Assembly (NCBI GenBank): GCA_902798755.1
Contig: CADBYC010000004.1
Coordinates: forward strand, 72,135 to 136,134
DNA: 64,000 bases
Source of the DNA: an uncultured Ruminococcus sp.
GTDB taxonomy: Bacteria > Bacillota > Clostridia > Oscillospirales > Acutalibacteraceae
Direction of reading: 5' to 3'
The translations under genes and the position numbers were made by a program. Each line of letters begins with the position of its first letter. Within the stretch, counting starts at the first letter, position 1. This document shows positions 39,601 through 48,968 of the stretch, one piece after another. The notes under the pieces were generated by a model. That model ran no database searches and was not told where the DNA came from. It saw nothing but the letters and a program-made list of their open reading frames with translations.

Positions 39601-40005
39601 ATCGGAGCTGATGGCGCATTTCTTGTACTCCTTCACAGCGGAGAGCATCAATTCGCGCATATCGTTCGCTTTCGACCGCTTATCAAATACCGTCAGCGAA
39701 TCAGAGACCTGCTCGAGCGCAAGGCTCATCATCAGATGGCGCACACCGTCGTCCGCAAAGGTCGCAAAGCGGTTGCCTGTCTTATCAAACACAAAATCGC
39801 ACAGGCGCGAAAAGCCGAGCACCAAAATATTGCGCGACAACGCGGGTCCAAGCAAGTCAAGGAACCTCGCCTCGGTCTCAAACGAGATCTGGTCGGGCAC
39901 GATGAACAAGAGCTTTTCTTCTCCGTCACGCGCCAGTTGCGCGAACCTTTGACGCAGATATTCACTTTTTCCGTAGCCGGAACGGCCTAATACAAAACGC
40001 AGCAT
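36661..40005 (-). CDS. addB: Helicase-nuclease AddB
   Basis: GRSGYGKS, IVPDQ, CPFRYF, GSVDRVD, VIDYKTG, CAYCVYKAVC. Confidence 0.95.
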   Translation of the reverse strand: MLRFVLGRSGYGKSEYLRQRFAQLARDGEEKLLFIVPDQISFETEARFLDLLGPALSRNILVLGFSRLCDFVFDKTGNRFATFADDGVRHLMMSLALEQVSDSLTVFDKRSKANDMRELMLSAVKEYKKCAISSDTLREVAAITEDETLRAKLEDTALVYDAYNAVMERSYMDPLDSLTKVCELLTDNRLFEGYTVALDAFYGFTAQEYDVIEQIMAMSREIYVALTDDGYEDSESLFFVPRRTRRRLMRIARDHEIEVAAPIHMTIPYRFENEALIALEENAYRLHKEPYTEENDAVTVYRAAGIYDECDYVARTIRKLIESGYRYRDIAVIARASDKYAGILDVCLDKYGIRYFQDEAQNIDSMPIVRLVTSAFDIVSGGFQREDVLLLLKTGLCSYTVEEIADFENYLFVWDINGRRFYDPFTDSPEGFTDEMTPAQEKQLKRIEALRADIVAKLRKFARAVNDTDGETIAKALMKLLYELKVDDNISRLCDIFEAQGENERGEDLVRMWNVLCEILDKTVAVIGDYRLPSKRFAELLYTNFAASQVSTIPRGIDEVDISTADRTLISDKKAVFLIGALEGEFPHTPVEAGVFTDDERVRLKEVLQLPLSDSIEELIATERYYAYSALTAARERLYISFPASDMRGELLTPSDMIGEAELSLLRLKYINYDAVPMKERLRSKRSAFDYLIGHYHTKSPEIAALKAYFAQDEEYRDIVGSIEDVLSRRARRIKDTALTKELYGKEMRLSSTKIDVYHKCPFRYFCEYGLHIRERKKATVDALEYGTLMHHIFEVFFGSHSREEYAQMNETVIEGIVSDILDEYIEKHFGGTEGKSERFLYLLYRTKAAATKLVLHMVQELSQSDFTPVDFELGVGTDIPDYSVELQDGLRLSVRGSVDRVDRCDADGKSYIRVIDYKTGTKEFNINDLVYGLNLQMFIYLYAIRENGGERYGEITPAGVLYMPAVSPSVSADPDMPTAKIRAEVLKKYMMKGVILDDAAVVEHMEHDGKGLYIPAKLKDGTVSASAGSLATLEELGAIFRHIDTLTEKMAQSLYEGDVAALPLKGKKYDGCAYCVYKAVCLREEDDPSREAEDRSPEEVMEELKGKEDPDET

Positions 40006-40040
40006 ATTTCCTCCACGTCAGGGTGAAACTACAGTTCTTA

Positions 40041-40195
40041 TACTAATCCTTGATAAAAAGATTTAATCAGATATTAGTGATATATTTCGGATAGTGCGAC
40101 GGGAGACGCAGACAGGCTGGCGCCTGTCAAGGAGCCCAACAAAGCTATACGAAATATAGCGCAATAGATGATAAAGGTTTTATTAAGGATTAGTA
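40041..40195 (+). mobile_element. MITE copy 2 (155 bp)
   Basis: Same TIRs; TTA on both sides; 35 bp upstream of the addB start. Confidence 0.88.
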
Positions 40196-40311
40196 TTAAA
40201 TCTACAGTCACCCTATCAGTATTGCAGGAGCGCAAACTCCCGCTATGGGTAAATGGTATCATTTCGATGATATCATACAATATCAAATGTCCTGTTTTCG
40301 GTACATATCCA

Positions 40312-40929
40312 TCATCGGAACCACGAACGGAAGCCCTCCCAGTACTCAACGATCTTAAAACGGAAATCGTATCGCTCAGCGGTGACGACCTTGTACTCGC
40401 CGTCATCGAGGGAATCCTCCATCTCTTTTTTGCTCGCCGCGCCCACGCACAGCGACGGATACATCACGCACCACCAGTTCTGACCCTCGCCGTCGCCGAT
40501 GGTCAGGCGAAGCGCGTCGTACCGTCCTGCGGGCATAGTGAAATCGTCATAGTATCGGGTGTTGAAGTACATCTCGCTCAGCTCTGCATGCACGGGATAC
40601 CGATAGCCGTGACGATGGATCTCGTCTCTCGCCAGCGCCTCGATCTCAGAGAGGTGTTCTCTCGTCACTTCGATTGCTTCTTCTTTTCCGTCACAACTGT
40701 TGTAGTAAGCAGAACATTCCTTGACGACCCTGTCTCTGACGCTGAGCTTCAGACTCTGGTCGGCGGCGGAATCGGAATTCGCGAGGATATGTACCCGCAG
40801 TACGTCGTCGGTCAGCTCCTCGCACGCGTCAAAAAACGGCAGCGACAGCACCATTCCTGCCAGCATGATCGAGAGCACCAACAGATGAATATATTTCTTC
40901 AAAAGAATTACCTGCCTTTGCAAAATCAT
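40312..40929 (-). CDS. spoIIR: Stage II sporulation protein R
   Basis: LRVHILANSDS, PAGRYDALR, GQNWWCVMYPSLC. Confidence 0.95.
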   Translation of the reverse strand: MILQRQVILLKKYIHLLVLSIMLAGMVLSLPFFDACEELTDDVLRVHILANSDSAADQSLKLSVRDRVVKECSAYYNSCDGKEEAIEVTREHLSEIEALARDEIHRHGYRYPVHAELSEMYFNTRYYDDFTMPAGRYDALRLTIGDGEGQNWWCVMYPSLCVGAASKKEMEDSLDDGEYKVVTAERYDFRFKIVEYWEGFRSWFR

Positions 40930-40965
40930 TTCGATATCATCTTTGACAGGTAATTTGTGTTTTAT

Positions 40966-41853
40966 TCAGTTGATCGTTTCGACCCGACAGCCATCTTTCA
41001 AGGGTTCTGTCAGGAAGACTTTGTTATATTTCTCTTTCAGGATATCGACGCATTTCTCCGCTTTTTTCTTATTCAGAAAAACAGCGTAAGTTGCCGAGCC
41101 TGAACCGCTCATGGAAGAGCCCAGCGCCTTTGCGGACAGCATGAGCTTTTTGATCTCATTGATCTCAGGAAGCTCCATCACCTGTTCGAATTCGTTGTAC
41201 AGGCAGGTCGACAGCCCGCGGATATCGCGGCTGTACAGTCGTTTGATCAGCTCGTCGGTATAGAGGAAGCCCTTCGGCTGACGCGCGTCACATGCGGCGT
41301 ATGCCGCGGCGGTAGATACGCTGACGTCGGGCTTGCAGATCACGATGTAGCAGTCGGGCAGAGCACGGAGCTTTTTCAAGGTCGTGCCTGTCCCTGTCGC
41401 GAGCATCGTACCGCCCAAAAGGCAGAACGGAACGTCCGAGCCGAACCGCGCGCAAATATCCGCCATCTCTTCCATTTTGAGATGGGCGTCAAAAAGCTGA
41501 TTCAACGCGAGCACCACTGCCGCGCCGTCAGAGGAACCGCCCGCCAAGCCCGCCTGCGTGGGGATCACCTTGTCGATCGTGATCTTCAAGGGCTTTGGCG
41601 CTGTGCCTGTCGCGGTGAAAAAGGCTTTCGCCGCCTTGCACACGATATTGCTGTCGTCCGTCGGCACTTCGGGATAGGCGGGACAGGAGACCTCGATCCC
41701 CACTCCTTTCTCGCCGATCGTCTCGACAGTCACGGTATCGTAAAGCGACACCGTCTGCATCACCATCGCCACGTCATGATAGCCGTCGGCGCGTTTGCCG
41801 ACGATATCGAGGGTCAGGTTGATCTTCGCGGGCGCTTTAACTATTGCTTTCAT
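40966..41853 (-). CDS. ispE: CDP-ME kinase
   Basis: APAKINLTLD, AGLAGGSSD, GSDVPF, MSGSGS. Confidence 0.96.
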   Translation of the reverse strand: MKAIVKAPAKINLTLDIVGKRADGYHDVAMVMQTVSLYDTVTVETIGEKGVGIEVSCPAYPEVPTDDSNIVCKAAKAFFTATGTAPKPLKITIDKVIPTQAGLAGGSSDGAAVVLALNQLFDAHLKMEEMADICARFGSDVPFCLLGGTMLATGTGTTLKKLRALPDCYIVICKPDVSVSTAAAYAACDARQPKGFLYTDELIKRLYSRDIRGLSTCLYNEFEQVMELPEINEIKKLMLSAKALGSSMSGSGSATYAVFLNKKKAEKCVDILKEKYNKVFLTEPLKDGCRVETIN

Positions 41854-43014
41854 CCTGCAGTTCCTTCAAAAATTCTTTGATCAGCTCCATCGCGCGGGTC
41901 AGGTGCTTGATGGAATACGAATAGCTCAGGCGCACATAGCCCTCGCCGCAGTCGCCGAACGCCGAACCGGGCACGAGAGCGACGTGCTTGCTGTGGAGCA
42001 GGCGCGTACAGAATTCCTCGCTGCTCAGCCCCGTCGACTTGATACAGGGAAAGCAGTAGAACGCTCCCTCGGGATTGAAGCAGGTCAGCCCCATCTTATT
42101 CAGCGAGCCGACCACAAAGCGGCGGCGCATATCATACTCGCCGCGCATCTCCACAATGTCGTCGTCGCCGTTTTTCAGCGCTTCGATCGCGGCGTACTGC
42201 GCCGTTGTCGGAGCGGACATGATACAGAACTGGTGGAGCTTGACCATCATCGCGCAGATCTCCTTGGGAGCGAGCCCAGCCGCCAGCCCGTCATTGCGTA
42301 GGACTTGGAGAAGCCGTTGATGACGACCGTGCGTTCCCACATACCGTCGATCGAGGCAATAGACACGTGCTGTTTGCCCTCATAGGTCAGCTCGGAGTAG
42401 ATCTCATCGGAGAGCACCATCAGATCGTGCTTTTTGATCACTTCGGCAATCGCTTCGAGATCCTCGCGCTCCATGATGCCGCCCGTCGGATTGTTCGGAT
42501 ACGGCAGGATCAGGAGTCTTGTTTTGTCGGTGATCTTTTCCTCGAGCTGCTCGGGGGTCAGACGGAATGCGTTCTCCGCCTCTGTCTGAATGATCACGGG
42601 CGTCGCGCCCGCCATGATCGTCAGCGGCTCGTAGCAGACGAAAGACGGCTGAGGGATCAGTACCTCATCGCCGCGCGTCACCAGACAGCGGATCGCGTTG
42701 TCGATCGCTTCACTGCCGCCGACCGTGACCAAGCACTCGGTCGCGGGGTCATATGTAAGATTATATTTTCTTTTATAGAATTTTGTTATTTCCAGACACA
42801 GCTCCTTGAAGCCGCGGTTCGGGGTATACCATGTTTTGCCCGCTTCCAAGGAAGCGATACCCGCCTGGCGCACATGCCACGGCGTCTGAAAGTCAGGCTC
42901 GCCGACCGACAGGGAAATAACATGATCCATCTCGTTGACGATGTCGAAAAAGCGGCGTATGCCCGAAGGCTTCACGCTCTGGATCGACGGCGTCAGTTTT
43001 TCGGAATAGTTCAT
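41837..43014 (-). pseudogene. Class I/II aminotransferase (AlaT/YugH-like) split by a frameshift near 42270
   Basis: N part SGIRRFF, GEPDF, PNNPTG, SDEIY, FSKSYAMTGWRLG; C part APKEI...QYAA...PEGAFY...PGSAFG...VRLSY in another frame. Confidence 0.85.
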
Positions 43015-43490
43015 CCAAAAATCATTTCCCTTCCGTCTTTTTTCTTATCGACCAGCGGTACGCCGTCCTCTTTGTAGCGCTTGAGGATGAAGTGGGTCGC
43101 GGTGGACAGCATGCCGGGCATCGCCGCCAGACGCTTTGCGACAAAGGAGGAAACGTCCTGGATAGTCCTGCCGTTGACGATCAGGAGCAGGTCATACGCG
43201 CCCGCCATCAGATAAACGCATTCCACCTCGTCATACTGCATGATCCTCTCGGCGATATCGTCAAAGCCCTTCTGCATCTGGGGAGCGACCTTGAGCTCGA
43301 TGATCGCCATAACGCCCGATTCGGGTACGTCGTCCCAGTTGACGACCGCCTGATAACCGCGGATCACGCCGCTGTCCTCATATTCTTTGATACGCGCTTC
43401 GATAGCTTCCTCAGGCTCGCCGAGCATCATTGAGAGCTGCGCGGTCGTGTAGCTTGAATTTTCGCTTAATAAACGTAATAACTTGTCCAT
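43011..43490 (-). CDS. Lrp/AsnC family regulator
   Basis: N-terminal HTH, YLMAGAYDL, THFILKRYK; overlaps the aminotransferase start. Confidence 0.92.
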   Translation of the reverse strand: MDKLLRLLSENSSYTTAQLSMMLGEPEEAIEARIKEYEDSGVIRGYQAVVNWDDVPESGVMAIIELKVAPQMQKGFDDIAERIMQYDEVECVYLMAGAYDLLLIVNGRTIQDVSSFVAKRLAAMPGMLSTATHFILKRYKEDGVPLVDKKKDGREMIFG

Positions 43491-43529
43491 ATGATCGATC
43501 CTTTCTTTATTATCGGATATTGATTACCT

Positions 43530-44012
43530 TTATGTCATCTGTAAGGCGGGGATACTGCCGACGTTCAGGCTGTCGAGACAGATCGCCGTCGCCAGACAGA
43601 AGAGTTCTCTTTCTTTTTGCATCAGCTCGAGCTGTATACAGCCCTTGGCAAAGTCCTTGCCGACCTCGCACACCACCGCCGTGTCCGCGTCGAGGATAGA
43701 GTACGAGCCCATGAACACGTCGCCGCGCACATAGAAGCTGATCCCGCGAAAGCGCACCGCCGCTCTGCCGTTGCCGACCGCAAGATTCAGCCGCATGCTC
43801 TCATTACCCGCGCTGATGCTGTAGATCGACAGCGCCGAGAAGCCGAGCATGCGTATCTTGCACACGGTCTCGCCGGCGGGCGTTTTGATGCGGATACTCT
43901 CGCCCGAGGGGTTGCGCTTTCCCGATACGGTGTAACGGAGTCTGCCTTTTTCATCTGTCGCCTGATACCGCGCGCCCAATGACGAGGTATCACGCTGAAT
44001 ATATAATTTCAC
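43530..44012 (-). CDS. LURP-one/Tubby-like family protein
   Basis: MKLYIQR...YQATDEKG...YTVSG...VRGD...AICLD. Confidence 0.7.
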   Translation of the reverse strand: MKLYIQRDTSSLGARYQATDEKGRLRYTVSGKRNPSGESIRIKTPAGETVCKIRMLGFSALSIYSISAGNESMRLNLAVGNGRAAVRFRGISFYVRGDVFMGSYSILDADTAVVCEVGKDFAKGCIQLELMQKERELFCLATAICLDSLNVGSIPALQMT

Positions 44013-44087
44013 TGTACATCACCACGGATATTATTGGATATAACCGCTGTTTCATACATTTGTCAAATCGACTTTAGTCGGATAAAT

Positions 44088-45554
44088 CTATATCAACCCT
44101 CTGCGGAAGGTCTTGCCGAACAGCACGAAGGTGCCCAGCTCCCGATTCGGTTCATACTTGACGAGGAAGCAGGAGGTATAGCCCAAGATCAGCCAGAAGA
44201 AAATAACCATGAAATTGATGTTATACAAGAGTCCTACCTCGATAAACGAATAGATCACATACGCGCAGAGGAACGAGTACATACACGGCAGGACGCTCTC
44301 TTTGAGGCTGTCGTCACGGAACACATGTATCGTGATATGCTTGAAGAACCGCAGTCCGAAGATACAGAACAGCACAAAGCCGATGATGCCCGAGCACACC
44401 AAAATCGTGATATATCCGTTATGGAAATCTGTCATGATCGGCGCGAGGATCCCGTAGCCTTTTGAAAATTTGATACCGTCCTCAAACATGCGGTTGCCGT
44501 ACTCATAGATATTGCCCTTGCCGATACCTAAGATCGGATTCTGCATGAACATTTTCGCCGCCTGCTTCCACAGCTTGAAGCGGCCCGAATCAAGGTTCTT
44601 GTTCTCATGCTCAAAGGTCACCGCCGCCTCGTCATGCACGATCTTGTCGGTCAGGCTGTCGGACGACACGATCGTCGATTCGGCGGTCGATTTCATGATC
44701 TGTACAAAGCCCGCCTGCGTGATATTGCGGACAAAGAACAGGGAGGTCAGTATCACCAGCCCCGCCGCCAGACACGCCGCGGATTTCGTGACGATCTGCC
44801 TGACGGTGAACTTCGATTCCGACCCGAACATTTTGTATACGACGAAGAAAATCGCGTATCCTATCATCAGGATCATCGCGCCGTTGGAGTCGCATAAAAG
44901 CAGTGAGATCGCGTTCACGGCAATACACGAACCGATCCAGATACGGCTGACGCGCTCGCGCCCCGATATCGTGATGAAGTCCTTTTTGAGCAGCATATGA
45001 CAGCAGAAGATCGCGACCACGGCGATAAAGCCGAGCTGATTCGGATTGACGAACATACCATCAAAGCGATTCTCAAAAATGATGAACTTGAGCCACAAGA
45101 CCTCAAAGCTGATCTCCGCCATCAAGAACGCCAGTCCCACGATGCCCAGCACCGTCGAGCAGTACACGATGAAGCGGCAGATGGAATACAGCTCCCTGCG
45201 GAAGTTCAAATGCTTTTCCGTATGCACCGAATAGAACACGAAGAAGCACATCGCCACATGCAGCAGCATGATCAGATTGTACGCGTTATATAAGAGCGAG
45301 CTTGCCAGGTGCGTGAGTATCGTCACAAAGGACGTCAGCACAAAGGCGAGCAGCCAGATCCCGTAGCGGGTCTTGAGAACGGTATGGTTCTTCCGCTCGT
45401 TATAGATCATCAGGAATACGCCCCAGATAAACAGGAACACCAGCACCAGATACGCGGGTATCAGGGCAAAGGAGATATTACTGCAGAACAGGCATATCAC
45501 ATAGCTGCGCCGAAACAGCGAGGTGTCCAGAACAGCTTTTTTGAACTTACTCAT
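44088..45554 (-). CDS. O-antigen ligase/polymerase family membrane protein
   Basis: GMFVNPNQLG, SGRFKLW, PILGIG, HNGYI; many TM; ORF track start 45566, likelier ATG 45554. Confidence 0.85.
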   Translation of the reverse strand: MSKFKKAVLDTSLFRRSYVICLFCSNISFALIPAYLVLVFLFIWGVFLMIYNERKNHTVLKTRYGIWLLAFVLTSFVTILTHLASSLLYNAYNLIMLLHVAMCFFVFYSVHTEKHLNFRRELYSICRFIVYCSTVLGIVGLAFLMAEISFEVLWLKFIIFENRFDGMFVNPNQLGFIAVVAIFCCHMLLKKDFITISGRERVSRIWIGSCIAVNAISLLLCDSNGAMILMIGYAIFFVVYKMFGSESKFTVRQIVTKSAACLAAGLVILTSLFFVRNITQAGFVQIMKSTAESTIVSSDSLTDKIVHDEAAVTFEHENKNLDSGRFKLWKQAAKMFMQNPILGIGKGNIYEYGNRMFEDGIKFSKGYGILAPIMTDFHNGYITILVCSGIIGFVLFCIFGLRFFKHITIHVFRDDSLKESVLPCMYSFLCAYVIYSFIEVGLLYNINFMVIFFWLILGYTSCFLVKYEPNRELGTFVLFGKTFRRGLI

Positions 45555-45613
45555 AACCACCCTCACAAGGCAGATAAACGACAGACAAATCCGTTTTCAG
45601 ATTTATCCGACTG

Positions 45614-46309
45614 TTAAGAGATAACGTTTTTAACGGTCGAGAACATCAACCGGATATCTCTGCGAAAGCCGAAGCGGCTGATATACTCAAGGTTGTATTC
45701 CATCTTCTTCGGCAGGATCTCTTCCACGTAAATGCGGTCGACCTCCTGAGGGTCGCTTACGTCGCCGATCATCGCGTCCTCGTCCTTGAACTTGATGGAC
45801 GCGAGCGACGTGATACCCGCGGGCATCAATAAGGTCGCCATCATCTCAGGCGTGTACCGCTCGACGTACTTGACGACCTCGGGGCGTGTGCCGACAAAGC
45901 TCATCTTGCCCGACAGCACATGGAACGCCTGCGGCAGCTCGTCAAGGCGGAATTTCCGCAACGTCGCGCCAATCCCCGTGATACGGTTATCATGCGCCGA
46001 TGTGACCAAAGCGCCCTTTTGATCCGCGCCGACCGTCATCGTGCGGAACTTCCAGATACGAAAGCGCCTGCCGTAGGTCGTCACGCGCTCCTGCTTAAAC
46101 AGCACGGGACCCTTTGACGTCAGCTTGATGATGACAGCGATCACCGCCATCGGCAAGAGCAAAATCAGAATCATGATGACCGACAGCACGATATCCATCG
46201 CGCGCTTTAAGAATAAACTGAAACGCTTTTTATCAAGAATGTCATAGTATTTCTTTACCTCGGGGCATTGAAGCTCGCGGGGCAAACGCTCATACGGTAA
46301 GAGAAGCAT
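45614..46309 (-). CDS. Bacterial sugar transferase (priming phosphoglycosyltransferase)
   Basis: KRAMD, GPVLFKQER, KFRTM, LDELPQ, MSFVGTRP. Confidence 0.95.
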   Translation of the reverse strand: MLLLPYERLPRELQCPEVKKYYDILDKKRFSLFLKRAMDIVLSVIMILILLLPMAVIAVIIKLTSKGPVLFKQERVTTYGRRFRIWKFRTMTVGADQKGALVTSAHDNRITGIGATLRKFRLDELPQAFHVLSGKMSFVGTRPEVVKYVERYTPEMMATLLMPAGITSLASIKFKDEDAMIGDVSDPQEVDRIYVEEILPKKMEYNLEYISRFGFRRDIRLMFSTVKNVIS

Positions 46310-46610
46310 ACTTCCTCCGTTTATTTACAGATATATCATTAATATACTATGCGGAGAATCGGGGGACATATTCTATCCTTCCGATCGTCCGGGAATCATA
46401 AGCCTGCAATCGTAATTATTATACTATATTTCGGCTGTTTTTTCAATATATTATCGAAAAATACCGCATGCTCGGACCTATAAAAAAACAGCGTCATTTT
46501 TCGTCGAAAATTACAGCCCTTTTGTGTGTGAAATCTTACAGAATCCTCTTGACTTCAAGCCCCGAACATAGTAAAATTAAACCATAGAAAAAACACAACG
46601 AGGAACAAAT

Positions 46611-46913
46611 ATGGACAACGAATATAAGCCCGACCTGATCACCCTGATCGACGAGGACAACGTCGAACACAACTTTGAGATCCTTGATGTCATCGAAAAT
46701 GAGAAAGGCGTGTTCTACGCGCTGTATCCGATCTTCGATACCGCTGACGAGACCATAGAGGACAGCGGCGAGTATTACATCATGGAAGTCATCGACGAGG
46801 ACGGCGAAGAACAGCTTGCGGAGGTCGAGGACGAGGCGCTCTTAGATGAGCTCAGCGCCGTCTTTGAGAAGCATTTCGAAGAGCTTTTCGACGACGTCGA
46901 AGACGAAGAATAA
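46611..46913 (+). CDS. DUF1292 family acidic protein
   Basis: ITLIDED...FEILD...YALYP; very acidic. Confidence 0.85.
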   Translation: MDNEYKPDLITLIDEDNVEHNFEILDVIENEKGVFYALYPIFDTADETIEDSGEYYIMEVIDEDGEEQLAEVEDEALLDELSAVFEKHFEELFDDVEDEE

Positions 46914-46937
46914 TCCATCATCAAACCGATTTTTTGT

Positions 46938-46976
46938 CTCCCTTTCCTAAGGGAGGTGTCACGAAGTGACGGAGGG
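46938..46976. repeat. Single REP-like unit related to the left half of 6402-6557
   Basis: ctccctttcctaagggaggtgtcacgaagtgacggaggg. Confidence 0.55.
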
Positions 46977-47029
46977 TTCCTACCGTTCACCTAATTCTTA
47001 TAATTTCCGAAACTTAATAACCAAGTCAA

Positions 47030-47214
47030 TATCCTACCTGATTCGCGTATCGATCGCAAATAACCCTACAACCTTTAAATCGGGAGCTTAGCTCCTTCGG
47101 CGGTGTGCAGACCTCCCATCCGTATGGACGAAGGGAGCCTAAAGCCGCAGGGCGGGCACCCACCTGTCATCGTGTAGGCAGGTTATCTCAAGATCGTTAC
47201 GGTCAGGTGGGATA
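47030..47214 (+). ncRNA. ssrS: Probable 6S RNA
   Basis: About 185 nt; ends pair (tatcctacctga / tcaggtgggata); internal cgggagc and ggcacccacctg...gcaggtt motifs as in Firmicutes 6S RNAs. Confidence 0.75.
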
Positions 47215-47345
47215 CCTTTATTATTACCGAAATATAAATGATGAATAGTGAAGAATGAACGGCGGGCGCTGCCCGCGCCTGATTCCTATTATTATCACAA
47301 ACATAGGCAGGCTCAGACTGCCTTTTTTCATGTAAGGAGAACGTC

Positions 47346-48308
47346 ATGAAAATATCTGTTTTAGGCTGCGGCCGCTGGGGCAGCTGTATCGCGTGGTATC
47401 TCGACCGCATCGGTCACGAGGTCGTGTCCTGCGGACTTGAGAACGCGCCCGAGCTGCAGCAGCTCTTAAAGACCCACCACAACGACTATCTCACCTTCCC
47501 CGAGAGCATCACTGTCACCTACGACCACCAGTTCGCCATCGAGCGCGCCGAGGTCATCGTCATCTCCATCTCCGCGCAGTATCTGCGCGATTATATGCAG
47601 ACCATCACCCGGTACGACCTTGACGGCAAGATCATCGTCCTGTGCATGAAGGGTATCGAGGAGAGCACCGGCAAGCGCTTGACCGAGGTCGTCTCCGACT
47701 TTGTTGATACCGACAAAACGCCCGTCGCGGTGTGGGTAGGTCCCGGTCACCCGCAGGACTACGTCAAGGGCATCCCGAACTGCATGGTCATCGACTCCGA
47801 CAACGAGGAGGTCAAAGCAAAGCTCGTACACAGCTTCAACAGCGAACTGATCCGCTTTTACTTAGGCACCGACCTGATCGGCTCCGAGATCGGCGCGGCG
47901 GCAAAGAACGTCGTCGGTATCGCCGCGGGCATGCTCGACGGCGCGGGCTGCACCTCTATCAAGGGCGCTTTGATGGCGCGCGGCACCCGCGAGGTCGCAA
48001 GACTGATCAAAGCCGCGGGCGGCAACGAGCTCTCCGCCTACGGACTGTGCCACTTAGGCGACTACGAAGCGACCCTGTTCTCTCCGTGGAGCCACAACCG
48101 ACGCTTCGGCGAAATGTACATCAAGGGCGAGAAATTTGAGAAGCTCGCCGAGGGCGTGATGACCTCAAAGGCGATGGTCAGGCTCGGCGATCAACTGGGC
48201 GTTGATCTGCCGATCACAAGCGCCGTATACCGTATTCTCTTCGAGAACAGCAGCGCGAAAGAGGAGCTCTCCGCCCTCTTCACCCGCTCCATCAAAGAGG
48301 AATTTTAA
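47346..48308 (+). CDS. gpsA: NAD(P)H-dependent glycerol-3-phosphate dehydrogenase
   Basis: LGCGRWG, MKGIE, AAKNVVGIAAG, LGD, AEGV. Confidence 0.92.
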   Translation: MKISVLGCGRWGSCIAWYLDRIGHEVVSCGLENAPELQQLLKTHHNDYLTFPESITVTYDHQFAIERAEVIVISISAQYLRDYMQTITRYDLDGKIIVLCMKGIEESTGKRLTEVVSDFVDTDKTPVAVWVGPGHPQDYVKGIPNCMVIDSDNEEVKAKLVHSFNSELIRFYLGTDLIGSEIGAAAKNVVGIAAGMLDGAGCTSIKGALMARGTREVARLIKAAGGNELSAYGLCHLGDYEATLFSPWSHNRRFGEMYIKGEKFEKLAEGVMTSKAMVRLGDQLGVDLPITSAVYRILFENSSAKEELSALFTRSIKEEF

Positions 48309-48420
48309 TTCTGTTTCAGAATTATTTATCAGGACTGTTTCGACAGTCCTGTTTTTATTTGAATACTATTGCCATAAAAAAGCGCAACGGCTGCCCGAAC
48401 ACATCGGACAGCCGCTTTGC

Positions 48421-48669
48421 TTACTGCGCGGTCGCGAATTTCTGTCTGAGCTGATCGATCTTTGTCTGCTCAACGTCACAGACGTTGTACCAGCCCTTAT
48501 TGGTCATCTTCGAGTAGATCTCATCCTGCATGGACAGGGAGTCGTCCAGCGCGGAATTGAATGCGCCGAGGACATTCTTAGTCGAGGATTCGACCGCGCC
48601 GTGCAGGTACAGGTCACAGCAGCCCTTTTCGAGCAACAGCAGGTTTTGCATCATATTCTTATCATCCAT
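48421..48669 (-). CDS. Coat F-like spore coat protein
   Basis: LLLEK...LYLHGAVESST...QDEIYSKMTNKGWY. Confidence 0.8.
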   Translation of the reverse strand: MDDKNMMQNLLLLEKGCCDLYLHGAVESSTKNVLGAFNSALDDSLSMQDEIYSKMTNKGWYNVCDVEQTKIDQLRQKFATAQ

Positions 48670-48681
48670 TCTGTTTCCTCC

Positions 48682-48855
48682 TTACAAAAGACCGTAAAAG
48701 CGGTTGAAGATCTGCGCATGGCGGGTAGAGAGATTCTCCACGCAGGTTTTCAGCTCAGGGTCGGAAAGACTCCGGGCGGTCTCTTTGCACTTCTGTTGGA
48801 AATACTGCTCATGGCCGAGGGCGTCCTCGATATAGAGCAACTCTTTGTCAGTCAT
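48682..48855 (-). CDS. Small spore-coat-associated hypothetical protein
   Basis: MTDKELLYIEDALGHE...DPELK; RBS GGAGG. Confidence 0.75.
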   Translation of the reverse strand: MTDKELLYIEDALGHEQYFQQKCKETARSLSDPELKTCVENLSTRHAQIFNRFYGLL

Positions 48856-48968
48856 ATCATTACCTCCGATTGTTTGGTAATGATAGTATGCGCCGCGACA
48901 AATCAAATATACATTTTGACAAATAAATACGGCACAGTTTTCAGGCTGTGCCGTATTGCTATAACGCT

